This document shows positions 27,716-47,341 of a stretch of 64,000 bases of DNA, piece after piece (within the stretch, counting starts at the first letter, position 1; every line of letters begins with the position of its first letter). Below the pieces are notes generated by a model. That model saw nothing but the letters and a program-made list of their open reading frames with translations, had not been told where the DNA came from and ran no database searches. The stretch lies in the sequence record OP310983.1. The stretch is one strand, 5' to 3'. Position numbers and translations under genes: made by a program.

Positions 27716-28153
27716 ATGTCGATGTATACCAAAGACAACGCTGAACTTTACACCCACAAAGAAGATGGTGGTATTTACTACTACCATGGCTTGGCTCATG
27801 GTACCGGTGATCAACGTGGAGAACTGCTGCACATCTACAGTGATTACTTCACTGACATGATGTACTACCGTAACCACACCTGGTCTACTCGGATGGAACG
27901 CGTTTCTGCTCCAGGGCTTCGTCTGAGTCGTTCCTTGCATCCACGTCTATGGATCACCACTCTGATCGGTTTGATGATCATTATCATTACTCAGGTTGTT
28001 TTCGGCACCGAGTTCAATGCAATCACTCTCCAAGAGATTGTCGGTACAGCCGTCGCTGGTGTACTGGCACTGGGTCTTCCGAGTTTCATCCTGCACCAAC
28101 TGTACAAGTGGAAGTACAAGAAACCTGTTAAACAGAAGTCCGAAGCGGCATAA
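27716..28153 (+). CDS. membrane protein with N-terminal DUF1653-like domain and 2 TM helices
   Basis: LYTHKEDGGIYYYHGLAH...ELLHIY...YYR pattern, then two hydrophobic segments and a basic tail. Confidence 0.7.
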   Translation: MSMYTKDNAELYTHKEDGGIYYYHGLAHGTGDQRGELLHIYSDYFTDMMYYRNHTWSTRMERVSAPGLRLSRSLHPRLWITTLIGLMIIIITQVVFGTEFNAITLQEIVGTAVAGVLALGLPSFILHQLYKWKYKKPVKQKSEAA

Positions 28154-28406
28154 AAGGAAATCCCCATTGGCCGCTAAACCAATGGGGTTCCAAACAGTGC
28201 ATTCGCGACTACACTGTCAGCAGGTGTCGTCCAAGAGAACTGCGGATTAGCTACTTACCCCTCGTGGGCATTTTCACTAGCAGTATTATAACAACACCGT
28301 ACGTTCTGAAAAGATTAGCCCTCCTGTGCAACCAGGAGGGCTATATGTCGTCAAGTTTAAGCTTGACTTTTTGCCCAAATGGGCCCACTTGCAGAGGAGA
28401 CTCCTA

Positions 28407-28673
28407 ATGAAAGTCTTTGAAACAAGTTCCAGACCAGATCCCCACCACGGGTACTTGACTGGTCTAGAGGTAACAGCATTCAATGGTAAGCCGATCGTCT
28501 ATGGGCGAAATGAGCAAATCAAAGTTGCTGTATACGATGGTAAGATGTTCCTTGGTTACATTGGCAATGGTCAGCTTGTAAACAAGCTTTCCGATGCTAA
28601 ATGGATTGACGGATCGTCTAACTATCATATTAATTCTAACTCCAGTAATCTTTTGTTCGCTAGAGTTGCTTAA
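28407..28673 (+). CDS. hypothetical protein (88 aa; start refined from ORF track)
   Basis: GAGGAG RBS before ATG 28407 (MKVFETSSRPD...). Confidence 0.75.
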   Translation: MKVFETSSRPDPHHGYLTGLEVTAFNGKPIVYGRNEQIKVAVYDGKMFLGYIGNGQLVNKLSDAKWIDGSSNYHINSNSSNLLFARVA

Positions 28674-28727
28674 CTTCAAATACCCTCTTCATTGCGAAGA
28701 GGGTAACGTATTATTATTTTTTTTTGT

Positions 28728-30881
28728 TTAATACCAACTATTTCTAGAATATCTGTTAATACGCACTCTACGTGTACGCTCTGCACGAGCTTGATTTAAC
28801 ATGGCATCAATACCTACACCACTGCTATCATCAATATTAACACGTTTAGACAATTGTTTCAAACGCATTTCTAATTTAGCTGCAATCATCGGGTTCTTTT
28901 CACCGCGAAGCTGCTCAATTATCTCTTCAAATTCTTTGCGACCTTGCTGTTCTTTCTCTTCATGATATTTTTCAAGTTGACTTGGTTCTTTATCACGTAA
29001 TTTTGATTTACCTAAGATGGGAACATTGATACCATAATAAGATAAATTCTTACCTTGTATTAATAACCAGTGGGCTAATAATAATGATACCACTAAGTCG
29101 TCATGGTTCCCCTTAGCATGGTCAATTCTACCATTACGGATAGTAAGTGCTAATAACTCCGTGCTAAGTGGTTTATCATAGATGGTCCTTACCCCATAAT
29201 GCATTGCTGATGGTAATGCCACCTTAAATAGATTATCACGAGAATACTCACCAGTACCTGACGTTGCATAACCAAAATAACGTTTAAACCTATCATAGAA
29301 CGATGGTTGTCTTGCTGATAGCGGAGTCTGAATGTCTCTGAAATCATTTTCTCTTTCTGATGATTCATTGACAATTCTGTTAAAGATACGCCGGAATGGA
29401 TCTACTCCTTTAGTATGTAGAATCAAGATAACATGGTCAATTAACGATATACCTATTGATTTACGTTCTGGTATCCAAAGAATATTAGGATATCTCAATA
29501 GCATTGTTGCAAAGAAATTACCCATTGATGGCACTGATGATTCATTGTATCTACCAACACACATAACCTCATGTGTTTCTACGTCAACTACAACTGTGCC
29601 AGTGGCGTCATTATCTTCACCAAGAAGTTCAGATGGGTCGGTACCCATAACGAACCTACCCTTCATCATCCGTGAGGCTACTTCATCTTTTGGTATATAC
29701 CAACGAAGTGTATAACCATCATCCGTGATTTCTGTCCAGCTTGGCTCACGCATATTGTTTTTAAGTTTATCTTTCTCATCTGATGATAAGGGTGAACCTT
29801 CACCACCAACTGTCCAAATATTGAAGAAGTCCCTATCGGCAATTTCACCGAATGAACCTGATTCACGAAGTGTGTTATATAACCACTTATCGGTACGTCC
29901 TAATTGACGGTGGTTAAATGCACCATAAACTAGAGGTTTCTTTCCAGTAGTGCCTTTTTCTACAACACGATGTAGAGTTTTCTGATCTGGTAGATCAAAG
30001 AATTCCTCTGACCATGGGCAGCCACCTGTTAAGAAGTGATATGCAAATTCACCATCACGGGTAGTGATGTTACCAGCTGTAGTTGTATAGATGTTACCAT
30101 AAGGCTGGTTCTCACGGCGAGCTTCATCACGAGCTGCTGAACCTGACGCAAGTGCAACAGGTAGTGAAACACCAATTAAATTAATATATGCAAGTTCGTC
30201 AAAGTGCATATTTGGTACTGTAAGACCACGACCTAATTTATCAGCTGCGTTAACATCATTTCGACCAACAGCTGTTAGATACCTATTACCTAATCTAATA
30301 CATGTCATCAATTCGGAGTTATCCGCATCTAATGGATCAGTATAGTGGATATACTCTGGTAACAAATCACGCATTACTTTTAGACGCTCGATGTTAGCAT
30401 TGCGTAGTTTGTTATCTTTAGTAATAAGGTTAATCTTAGTGTTCTCACCCCAGATATACATCATGCCTGTATTGAGCACGTCAGTTGATACGGACTTACC
30501 TGTCTGACGAGGCTGTAATAAACCAAAATCTACGTGATTGAAATAACACCAGAATAAAGCAATATTACCACGGTTAGCTTGGAATGGAATTGGATTATTA
30601 CCCGAGTTAGGGGGGATTCTTGCCACTTCCCTAAAAAAATACCAAGGATTATATTTGCATTCCATGTTAATACGAAACTTCATTTCTTCGCTAAGATTAG
30701 GGTCATATGGATCCACCCCAATTAAACCTTGGTCCAATATAGCTAGTATAAATTTGTAATTTTTAATACCCATCTTTTTATAAGTCAAGGCTAACTTTAT
30801 AAAAGATTTATTTTTAGTAGTAAGATCAACACTAGCGCTGTAGTATTTATCCCAATCACTATTGAAAAGTATAACGTCCAT
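28728..30881 (-). CDS. terL: terminase large subunit (gp25-like)
   Basis: Walker A PRQTGKS, Walker B MHFDE, nuclease motifs GTDPSE and HDDLVVS. Confidence 0.95.
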   Translation of the reverse strand: MDVILFNSDWDKYYSASVDLTTKNKSFIKLALTYKKMGIKNYKFILAILDQGLIGVDPYDPNLSEEMKFRINMECKYNPWYFFREVARIPPNSGNNPIPFQANRGNIALFWCYFNHVDFGLLQPRQTGKSVSTDVLNTGMMYIWGENTKINLITKDNKLRNANIERLKVMRDLLPEYIHYTDPLDADNSELMTCIRLGNRYLTAVGRNDVNAADKLGRGLTVPNMHFDELAYINLIGVSLPVALASGSAARDEARRENQPYGNIYTTTAGNITTRDGEFAYHFLTGGCPWSEEFFDLPDQKTLHRVVEKGTTGKKPLVYGAFNHRQLGRTDKWLYNTLRESGSFGEIADRDFFNIWTVGGEGSPLSSDEKDKLKNNMREPSWTEITDDGYTLRWYIPKDEVASRMMKGRFVMGTDPSELLGEDNDATGTVVVDVETHEVMCVGRYNESSVPSMGNFFATMLLRYPNILWIPERKSIGISLIDHVILILHTKGVDPFRRIFNRIVNESSERENDFRDIQTPLSARQPSFYDRFKRYFGYATSGTGEYSRDNLFKVALPSAMHYGVRTIYDKPLSTELLALTIRNGRIDHAKGNHDDLVVSLLLAHWLLIQGKNLSYYGINVPILGKSKLRDKEPSQLEKYHEEKEQQGRKEFEEIIEQLRGEKNPMIAAKLEMRLKQLSKRVNIDDSSGVGIDAMLNQARAERTRRVRINRYSRNSWY

Positions 30882-31020
30882 ACACTGCCCTTTAAGGTAC
30901 TTATTTTAATGTGCCATAATAAAGCCGTATTGAACGGCAATTGTAAAGTATAGTCTCATATGGATAATGTGTTAAAAGACGTTATAAAGCCCCCTAGGTG
31001 GTTCCTAGGGGGCTTTATAT

Positions 31021-36351
<5,331 letters not shown>

Positions 36352-36428
36352 TACCGCTACTCCTTAAATGGATAGTAAAAAATAACTAGTATGGTCAACT
36401 ATGATTAATATCTATGATTGACTGTTAG

Positions 36429-38567
<2,139 letters not shown>

Positions 38568-38595
38568 GTGGGTGGCTTTCAGAATGAGGAAAAGT

Positions 38596-39479
<884 letters not shown>

Positions 39480-39480
<1 letters not shown>

Positions 39481-39662
39481 TGGCAAAAGTATATCCGATG
39501 GTCCCACCTGGGAAGACTCGCAACCAAGATCAGAACTTTGATATCAATGCATTCTTTTCTCCCGATGTAGTTGCGGCTGGCAATGGTCTGGTTAGTCAAC
39601 TTCGGCGAAATGCTCAAACCGAAAAGAATGAGCAGACTGTCGGTACTAACCAAAAAAGCTAA
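39480..39662 (+). CDS. small late protein coupled to the tail tube
   Basis: 60 aa, TAATG overlap, terminator at about 39671-39688. Confidence 0.6.
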
Positions 39663-39728
39663 AGCATATCGCCTCCCTTCGGGGAGGCTTTATGTTGTTA
39701 AAAACTATGCTAAAAAATAATTAAGATA

Positions 39729-39736
39729 TATATTAC
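39729..39736 (+). promoter_or_regulatory. early promoter (TATATTAC)
   Basis: Exact motif upstream of 39790. Confidence 0.7.
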
Positions 39737-39789
39737 ATGTTTGCTTATTCAATAAGTAAAACTAGATTGTAAATTTTAGAGAGGTTAAA

Positions 39790-40986
39790 ATGAAAATTAA
39801 TGAACTTACAAATACTGATTTATTATTAGAAAACCACACTATTAATAAAATTGATTGTTTACTAGGATTACTTTATAAACATAACTTCGATAAAGAATTT
39901 ACATCTAAAATTAATTTTGGTATTCTAACACAAATGACATATCAGAAGGATGATGTCAGTTTTGTAGTGAAGCCTAGTTTTGAAGAAGATTTTATTAATA
40001 TCACCTTTAGTAATGATACATCATGGAATGTTAATTTTGCACTCATCGATGGTAAACCTAAATACATTGGTTATACTGATCAAGAAGTGACAATTGAAGA
40101 GCCGCATAGCAGGGAATATTACACTCTAACAAGTGAGAGTATTCGGCAATTAACAATTCAAGTATTAATTAATACATGGTATCAAGTAAATAATATTCCA
40201 AGCGAAGTATACGAGTATCAACATCACTGGAAACTGGATAAAAATATTCTTAACGATGATGATATTATTCGATACTATTATCGTTTCATTTTAGCTACCT
40301 ATTGGGGAATGCCAACACCTGATAGACAAGCTACATTTGAAAAGTGGTTAGAAAATGACATTGCAAATGGGGAAGGTGATGACACAACTAATAGTCATTT
40401 AAAATGGCTATTCAAACAGGATCATTCTAATATTACTGAAACAACTAATGTTAGAGATGAAATTAATGCATGTAGCATCCACCACATTTATCCGTCAGGC
40501 AATATTACGTGTGTTTTAACTGATAATAAGAAACCCACACGTTGGCGAGAATATGTAATGCATGCCTTCTATAAAACCATTGGGTATACTTGGGTTAATC
40601 CAATTGAACTATATTGGCATAAAGGTACTTCTGTGGAGTATGTTAGTTTAGAAACGGTTAATGCCAACCTTTTACTAGCTGCAAATATTTTCACTGTATA
40701 CAGTAATTGGAATATTACGGAAAATAGCCATACTTCAGATAACTCTGTATCTATCCCAGCTATTAACCTATTTTGCATCAATAGTGAAAATAGTCAATAT
40801 GCAGTATCCTTTAAGAATAAAAATAATAACTCTTATGAATTATTTGATTCATTATCCTTAAGTGGAAATCAAATAATTTCATACACTGAAACCGCTATTG
40901 AGAAATCTAATTGTTCTGGTCCATTGAAATTTGTAAGTGATCACGTTATCAAGTTTATTTGTAAGGAACTAACAACGTGTCGATGA
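39790..40986 (+). CDS. hypothetical protein
   Basis: 398 aa, GAGG RBS. Confidence 0.85.
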   Translation: MKINELTNTDLLLENHTINKIDCLLGLLYKHNFDKEFTSKINFGILTQMTYQKDDVSFVVKPSFEEDFINITFSNDTSWNVNFALIDGKPKYIGYTDQEVTIEEPHSREYYTLTSESIRQLTIQVLINTWYQVNNIPSEVYEYQHHWKLDKNILNDDDIIRYYYRFILATYWGMPTPDRQATFEKWLENDIANGEGDDTTNSHLKWLFKQDHSNITETTNVRDEINACSIHHIYPSGNITCVLTDNKKPTRWREYVMHAFYKTIGYTWVNPIELYWHKGTSVEYVSLETVNANLLLAANIFTVYSNWNITENSHTSDNSVSIPAINLFCINSENSQYAVSFKNKNNNSYELFDSLSLSGNQIISYTETAIEKSNCSGPLKFVSDHVIKFICKELTTCR

Positions 40987-41339
40987 AGAATGAAATTGAT
41001 AGTTTAACTAAAATTATTAATGATTTATTAAAAGAGCACTTTACTAATCGTAAGGAATTTATTACGAAGATTGGTAATAAACGTATAGTCGTTCCGGGTG
41101 CTCTAGTTTTCTTCAAAAAGTTACGTGGAGAAATTACGGCTAAGGTTTATGCAAAGCGTAAAGTAGATGGTGGCTATCATGAGCCAGCTATTAGCACTGT
41201 ATGCGTTAGTAATACAAATGTATCATGGGGTGGATTCAGTGGTACCCCGCGTAAGGAAATTAAAGATAGTTTAACTATTTTTACTTATGTGGCTATTTAC
41301 GATGCTCTGAAAAATTTATGTAATGATCAATCTAGCTAA
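40977..41339 (+). CDS. hypothetical protein
   Basis: 120 aa, AAGGA RBS. Confidence 0.8.
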   Translation: MSMKNEIDSLTKIINDLLKEHFTNRKEFITKIGNKRIVVPGALVFFKKLRGEITAKVYAKRKVDGGYHEPAISTVCVSNTNVSWGGFSGTPRKEIKDSLTIFTYVAIYDALKNLCNDQSS

Positions 41340-41352
41340 TGTTACTTAACAG

Positions 41353-41385
41353 CATAAGCCCTCCCATTGCGGGAGGGCATTATGT
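41353..41385. terminator. bidirectional terminator, near-identical to 51055-51087
   Basis: CATAAGCCCTCCC-ATTGC-GGGAGGGCATTATGT between convergent genes. Confidence 0.8.
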
Positions 41386-42660
41386 TTATTTTGTTTTTGT
41401 ATAGTAATTCTTAGTCATAGCACGTAGAATTAAATACAACATCAACCCAGTCCTAGTTGCTGCGATATATGCAGGTACCCTAGAATTAGTCGCATCCCTA
41501 ACTAACTTCTCACCTTCTTCACGCATGAAAATAACTTGAGCATTTTCTGTTTTAGATGCCATTATCTTTGCTCGTATTTTTACAAGCAATGTTTGTAGAT
41601 CATTATTTCTAGCAACCATTGTACGGAGTGATTGCATATAATCGAAAGCATACAATAAGCACTCATCTACGAGTTTCTCAAGCTTTTGTGCCCTAGGTTG
41701 ACCGATATTACGGGAAAGGTGTCTAAGTGTCGCCATGAACATTTCTGGTGGCATTGTGGGCATTATCTTTTCAATAATACCGACTAACTCAGGTCTAATG
41801 AAATTTTGTTCTTGTTGCGCAACTTGATGGATATAAGTAAGATATGAGCGATACCCAGTAGACTTATCGCGTAGAATCTGCTCACCATCAGAATTAATAG
41901 CCATGTCTGATGAAATAACTAATTTACCACCTGATTGCAGTGTTCTGATATAAACATCATAGTACTTGTTGATTAATTCACGTAGACGTGTTTGAGTATC
42001 AGATACTACACGACCAGACCAATAATCCAGTTCTTGTGTTTTACCAGTTAAGAAAGGTGCATAAATAGAATCAGGTGCAATGATACCTTCAGCCCGTTGC
42101 CTAAATAGTTTCTCCCATGACCCAATTGTCTTAATGTCAAATCGATAATTGAGTGCGGCGAATGCAGCTTCGGCTACTTCTTTACGTGCAGGATATTTAA
42201 AGCGTGGTACAAGTAAAGATGTTAGATATTTAAAATGCAACACCATGAAACAACTAACCATTGCTTCATGTCTAATATTCAAAGGAACATTAGTTGTTTT
42301 TAAAAGCCTAGAACAAATATAGGCAGGAAGATGATTGAATACATCTGACATTACACGATGGTTAGGGTCAATGAATTCAACTGACTTAAAATCTTGGACT
42401 AACAGCGCTTCATCAATTCGTAAAACATCATCATACCAAATCTCACGATCCGTATCGAAGAATTTAACTTGTTGTACACCTAGTAATACACCACCAAAGA
42501 AAGCAGAGTGATCAGCATTCCTATTCATAAAACTGATAGTAAAGTCAATAATTCTTTTACATAAATCGCGATCAAATTGAACATCCTTAAAATTTCTATC
42601 AAGGACTTCTTTAATAGTTGCCATTGGGAAAACCTCCTGGAGAATCAAATCATAAGTCAT
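41386..42660 (-). CDS. conserved phiKZ-group structural/core protein (gp32-like)
   Basis: 424 aa (probable start MATIKEV); synteny. Confidence 0.75.
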   Translation of the reverse strand: MTYDLILQEVFPMATIKEVLDRNFKDVQFDRDLCKRIIDFTISFMNRNADHSAFFGGVLLGVQQVKFFDTDREIWYDDVLRIDEALLVQDFKSVEFIDPNHRVMSDVFNHLPAYICSRLLKTTNVPLNIRHEAMVSCFMVLHFKYLTSLLVPRFKYPARKEVAEAAFAALNYRFDIKTIGSWEKLFRQRAEGIIAPDSIYAPFLTGKTQELDYWSGRVVSDTQTRLRELINKYYDVYIRTLQSGGKLVISSDMAINSDGEQILRDKSTGYRSYLTYIHQVAQQEQNFIRPELVGIIEKIMPTMPPEMFMATLRHLSRNIGQPRAQKLEKLVDECLLYAFDYMQSLRTMVARNNDLQTLLVKIRAKIMASKTENAQVIFMREEGEKLVRDATNSRVPAYIAATRTGLMLYLILRAMTKNYYTKTK

Positions 42661-42714
42661 AAAAGTACTTATGTTATTTATTCCATGTAATTACATAAAT
42701 TAGAGGATAATAAA

Positions 42715-43584
42715 ATGGTTTATAAAATGATTAGTTTATTAAACCTAGCTAACCCTAGTTTAATTCAGCAATTAAGTCAATCGGTATCTAATGAAAAAGA
42801 TCTAGAAAATCTTAGAACTAGTGGTTGGCTAAAAGATGATCTTAATAATAATGTGTTTTTCATTTATTCTGAAACATCTTCTGATATTCTAGCTAGTCTA
42901 AGGATTTTTTTAAATATTGACCCATGGGTAGATAGTGGTAGTAACTATCAGAAACTAGATGTTAGTCAAGTTAGTCGATACATGACAACTGCACTTGCTT
43001 GTACTAATAATGATTATGAAGTTAATGTTATTAAAACTATTTCTAAACTATTATTATCGTTTATTAATAATCAGATATGTTCAGTTAATAATATTAAGTT
43101 TAACAATAGTGGTAATGAGACTCAACTATCAATTGGTTTAATACATGATTCTTACACACTGGACATAGATTTAAATATTGGGATGAAATCATTTATTGAT
43201 AATAAAACTATTATTGATAAATATAAATTATTTGAAACATCGTTAAGTAAAACTAAGAGTGAATTTAATTTTTCTATAGTCACTAATGACAAAGTTAATA
43301 AAGTTGCATCCATATACAAGACCGCAGCTACATGCGAATATGATGATGCAATTCTATTTAACAAAGATTCGCTAGTAAGTATAAAACCATTTATTGATGG
43401 ACATTCACTTATTACTAATGAGCTTATTGAATCGCTTATCAAAGAAATTCAAAATAAAGAAACTAAAAAATTAAAGTTAATCAAAGTTATGTGTTCCAAT
43501 CATTATCAAAGAACTCATAGAGATTTAATCACAATTGTCTTATGCAGTCCTGTTAATATTTGGTCCATAACTATCCATGTATAG
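42715..43584 (+). CDS. hypothetical protein
   Basis: 289 aa, GAGGA RBS, very AT-rich. Confidence 0.8.
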   Translation: MVYKMISLLNLANPSLIQQLSQSVSNEKDLENLRTSGWLKDDLNNNVFFIYSETSSDILASLRIFLNIDPWVDSGSNYQKLDVSQVSRYMTTALACTNNDYEVNVIKTISKLLLSFINNQICSVNNIKFNNSGNETQLSIGLIHDSYTLDIDLNIGMKSFIDNKTIIDKYKLFETSLSKTKSEFNFSIVTNDKVNKVASIYKTAATCEYDDAILFNKDSLVSIKPFIDGHSLITNELIESLIKEIQNKETKKLKLIKVMCSNHYQRTHRDLITIVLCSPVNIWSITIHV

Positions 43585-43591
43585 GTAACAT

Positions 43592-43795
43592 ATGGATTTA
43601 AATCCTCATGACATCGATAATCAAGCAATATTTAATTATTTAGAAATGCTGCCATCTACTTTTAAGATAACTGAATCTACTTTTATTGCTGCTGATTTTG
43701 ATAGTAATGGCGATGTCATCATACAACTAGAGCAATCATTAATTTATACTGGCTGCTCATTATCTAAATTTAATGCGTGTTTTAACACTATGTAA
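43592..43795 (+). CDS. hypothetical protein
   Basis: 67 aa, followed by a terminator. Confidence 0.65.
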   Translation: MDLNPHDIDNQAIFNYLEMLPSTFKITESTFIAADFDSNGDVIIQLEQSLIYTGCSLSKFNACFNTM

Positions 43796-43881
43796 ATATA
43801 ATGCCCTCTCCATAAGGAGAGGGCTTATGATGTATTTTCTCTTTTATCATCTGTAGTACAATAACTCAAATATAATTGTAG

Positions 43882-44661
<780 letters not shown>

Positions 44662-44670
44662 GGTACAACC

Positions 44671-45486
44671 ATGGCTAAACGAAAAACTCGCGCAGTAAGT
44701 GCACCAGTAACATTATCAGAAATTAGTGAAATCCCTAATGAAGTAACTAATGCAGAGGATAGTGTCAATGAACTTGAAACCACTCCTACTGAAATTGTTT
44801 CTACTGAATCAAGTGAAAATGAAAATACCACTGCCGATTCAGAAAACACAGCCGCAACTGACTCGACAACAGATGAAGAATCAGAAGACACGTCTTCTAC
44901 TGAAGCAAATGGAGATGGGGAATCAGAAGAGCCCGATCTATCGGAGAATCAGGAAGATCCGAAGGAGTCTATAGAAACGCCTGAGGAGCCCGTTGAAGAT
45001 GATGATGGTTCAGGTGACCCTGATGGTGGCACATCTGAAGAAAAGCCAACAGAAGGCGATCCAGAGGATCCTGAAGAGCCAACTGAACCTACTGACCCTG
45101 AAGAACCCACTGATCCAGTTGATCCGGTGGAACCACCGCCTGAAGAACCTAAAGCATTCCAATTAAACCTAGCTACAGTGAAATCACAGTTTGGTGATTT
45201 ACCAACGTATTGGGCTATTGAGTTAATTAAACGTTATTTCAGTGCGCCACCTGCTATCTATATCCCAGATGTAGTCGATAACCCTGATTTCAAAATAATG
45301 GTTCAACAGGTAAAATTCTTTGGTAATGGTCTACGTCCGATATATAACTCTAAGAACATGATTACTTTCACCACTATGTTAGAAGGTGCAAGTGAAGCAA
45401 CAATCTTAGAGGATATGAAGAAACAACAACCGGCATTACTAAGTTTATTACCTTGGTATGATCCAAACGCTGAAATAGATAAATGA
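44671..45486 (+). CDS. acidic low-complexity protein with Glu-Pro-Thr-Asp repeats (gp35-like)
   Basis: About 160 aa disordered acidic region with EPTEPTDPEEPTDPVDPVEPPPEEP, then a compact C-terminal domain. Confidence 0.8.
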   Translation: MAKRKTRAVSAPVTLSEISEIPNEVTNAEDSVNELETTPTEIVSTESSENENTTADSENTAATDSTTDEESEDTSSTEANGDGESEEPDLSENQEDPKESIETPEEPVEDDDGSGDPDGGTSEEKPTEGDPEDPEEPTEPTDPEEPTDPVDPVEPPPEEPKAFQLNLATVKSQFGDLPTYWAIELIKRYFSAPPAIYIPDVVDNPDFKIMVQQVKFFGNGLRPIYNSKNMITFTTMLEGASEATILEDMKKQQPALLSLLPWYDPNAEIDK

Positions 45487-45541
45487 ACATATTGCCTCCC
45501 CTAGGGGAGGCTTTATACTGAGTTAAAAAAAGTTTAAGATC

Positions 45542-45549
45542 TATATTAC
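45542..45549 (+). promoter_or_regulatory. early promoter (TATATTAC) for the gp36-dip pair
   Basis: Exact motif right after the terminator at about 45495-45512. Confidence 0.7.
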
Positions 45550-45589
45550 ATATTTGCAATAATAAACAATATTCAAATAGGTATCTATA

Positions 45590-46405
45590 ATGACTGAATC
45601 AACTACTTTTAGTTTTACCCCTAATCCACATCTAAAAGAAATATACGATAATTTTAAAAATAAGTATCCTAAAAACAGTGTAATCTACGGTTGGATAAAT
45701 AAAGAAAATAATAAATGGGGAATTACCGGTAATACGAAATATAATTTAATTACAGGTACTGGCCATAATGTTCAATACATTAATCATCTAATTTCTAGAC
45801 TACTAGAAGAAGAACAGCATTTTGAGAATACACGTATTGAAAGAGCATGGCTTAATTTAATTGAGTCATATGAAGACAGTTATAAAAGCGATGTATCTCA
45901 CTATACTAATCTGCCATTAAAAGCCACCTTACCAATTGGTAAGCTCAATGTATTTCAAATCGGAAGAGCACACTCAGATGAACTAGGCATGATTACACTA
46001 AAATCTGCCAATGTATCAGAAATCATTATTGAGTCTAAATCAGCTCTTGATGAAGCTCTTAATTCTATTGATTGCATTATTCATGAAAACATTAAAACTG
46101 ATTTTAAAGTACTCATGCATGAATTTTATAAAAATGAACCATATAGGCCTGATTGGTTAAAAGAAAATGGTACATGCAAATTTATTCAATCAACCTTTAA
46201 CATTGGTTCATCATTTGATTTAATTTACTATGGATGGAAGTGGGAAGGTGTAACCAGAATTAAAACAAGTGATCGAGATGCAGCTGATATGCTGTATTCT
46301 GGTATTATTATTAATACATCAAAATTAGTTAATGATCCAGATAATGAACCGTTATTTGAACAATTAGTTAATGTATGTGAAGTATCAACTGCTAAAGTAA
46401 AATAA
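45590..46405 (+). CDS. early hypothetical protein (gp36-like)
   Basis: 271 aa. Confidence 0.85.
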   Translation: MTESTTFSFTPNPHLKEIYDNFKNKYPKNSVIYGWINKENNKWGITGNTKYNLITGTGHNVQYINHLISRLLEEEQHFENTRIERAWLNLIESYEDSYKSDVSHYTNLPLKATLPIGKLNVFQIGRAHSDELGMITLKSANVSEIIIESKSALDEALNSIDCIIHENIKTDFKVLMHEFYKNEPYRPDWLKENGTCKFIQSTFNIGSSFDLIYYGWKWEGVTRIKTSDRDAADMLYSGIIINTSKLVNDPDNEPLFEQLVNVCEVSTAKVK

Positions 46406-46441
46406 GTGTATTATTTTTAATAAATGAAGAGGTTAGAAAAA

Positions 46442-47263
46442 ATGACTCAATTTAACATCACCTGGGAAGAACAACTCCAAGCCCTATCTAAGCTAGATGG
46501 TTTACATCATCCACATAAATTAGAGGATATCTCCGTTCATTGGGTATTTAATCCAGTAGATATTTCAGTTTTTGTTACATGTGCGACCATGAGTAGTCAT
46601 AACACCCACTATACTTTTAAACCGCAGTCAAGTCCAGATGATGCCATGGTGCGAGAATATGTACTATCTCGCATTATTGCCGATAATCTGAAATATGTTG
46701 ATAATTTATATCTAGCGGCTGGTGCCGTTATTTGCGGTAATGACGAATACATTAGTGATGGTAATGTGATTGGAATTCATATCGCTGACGGCGTAGGAGG
46801 TAACAAGCTTATTCTACCAGTCATTGAATTTATGCCAGGCGTTCATGTTGATGATATCAGTGATGAACTAATCGAGTCGTCATCTTATCAAGGTATTTTC
46901 AAAACAGATAACCTTGAAGAGTTTGAATTCCTTGTTGATAAGAAGAATGCAATTAATGTAAAAGAATTAATTCTAGCCCATACTGATTATTTCGCTAATA
47001 AGCTGGCCTTTAAAGATCCAGCTGAACCAGCTGTAGAAATGTATCAGTTTATTGATCGGACTGAAGTATATTTTAGTTTCGAAGGATGTCATTCAGATGT
47101 TGAAGAAGTTCTATTTACTATTAAGATCACACGTTATAATCAACCGCTCAATTCAACCGCGATGCAAGTATTTTTGAAAAACCCGCTATTACCGCACATC
47201 CGGACCATCGTCCGGCAGGCCAATCCGACGCAACGGACGCGCGGTGTACTATTTAATTTTTGA
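46442..47263 (+). CDS. dip: degradosome-interacting protein Dip (RNase E inhibitor, gp37)
   Basis: MTQFNITWEEQLQALSKLDGLHHPHKLEDISVHWVFNPVD recognised as phiKZ Dip; GAGG RBS before ATG 46442. Confidence 0.9.
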   Translation: MTQFNITWEEQLQALSKLDGLHHPHKLEDISVHWVFNPVDISVFVTCATMSSHNTHYTFKPQSSPDDAMVREYVLSRIIADNLKYVDNLYLAAGAVICGNDEYISDGNVIGIHIADGVGGNKLILPVIEFMPGVHVDDISDELIESSSYQGIFKTDNLEEFEFLVDKKNAINVKELILAHTDYFANKLAFKDPAEPAVEMYQFIDRTEVYFSFEGCHSDVEEVLFTIKITRYNQPLNSTAMQVFLKNPLLPHIRTIVRQANPTQRTRGVLFNF

Positions 47264-47341
47264 GAAATTCATTACTTTAATAGACTGTATTTCTCTTATT
47301 TATCTCTTTTCTTCTAAAAAGAAAATTATATAAATAGTATA

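Noticed and set aside
39645-39665. A-rich run (CCAAAAAAGC) as a tail-chaperone -1 frameshift site
   Set aside because: Not in the X XXY YYZ register, and a terminator follows immediately, leaving no extension.
45040-45150. Tandem repeats resembling an array
   Set aside because: Codon-level EPT/DP repeats inside a CDS; no constant repeat-spacer period, so not CRISPR.
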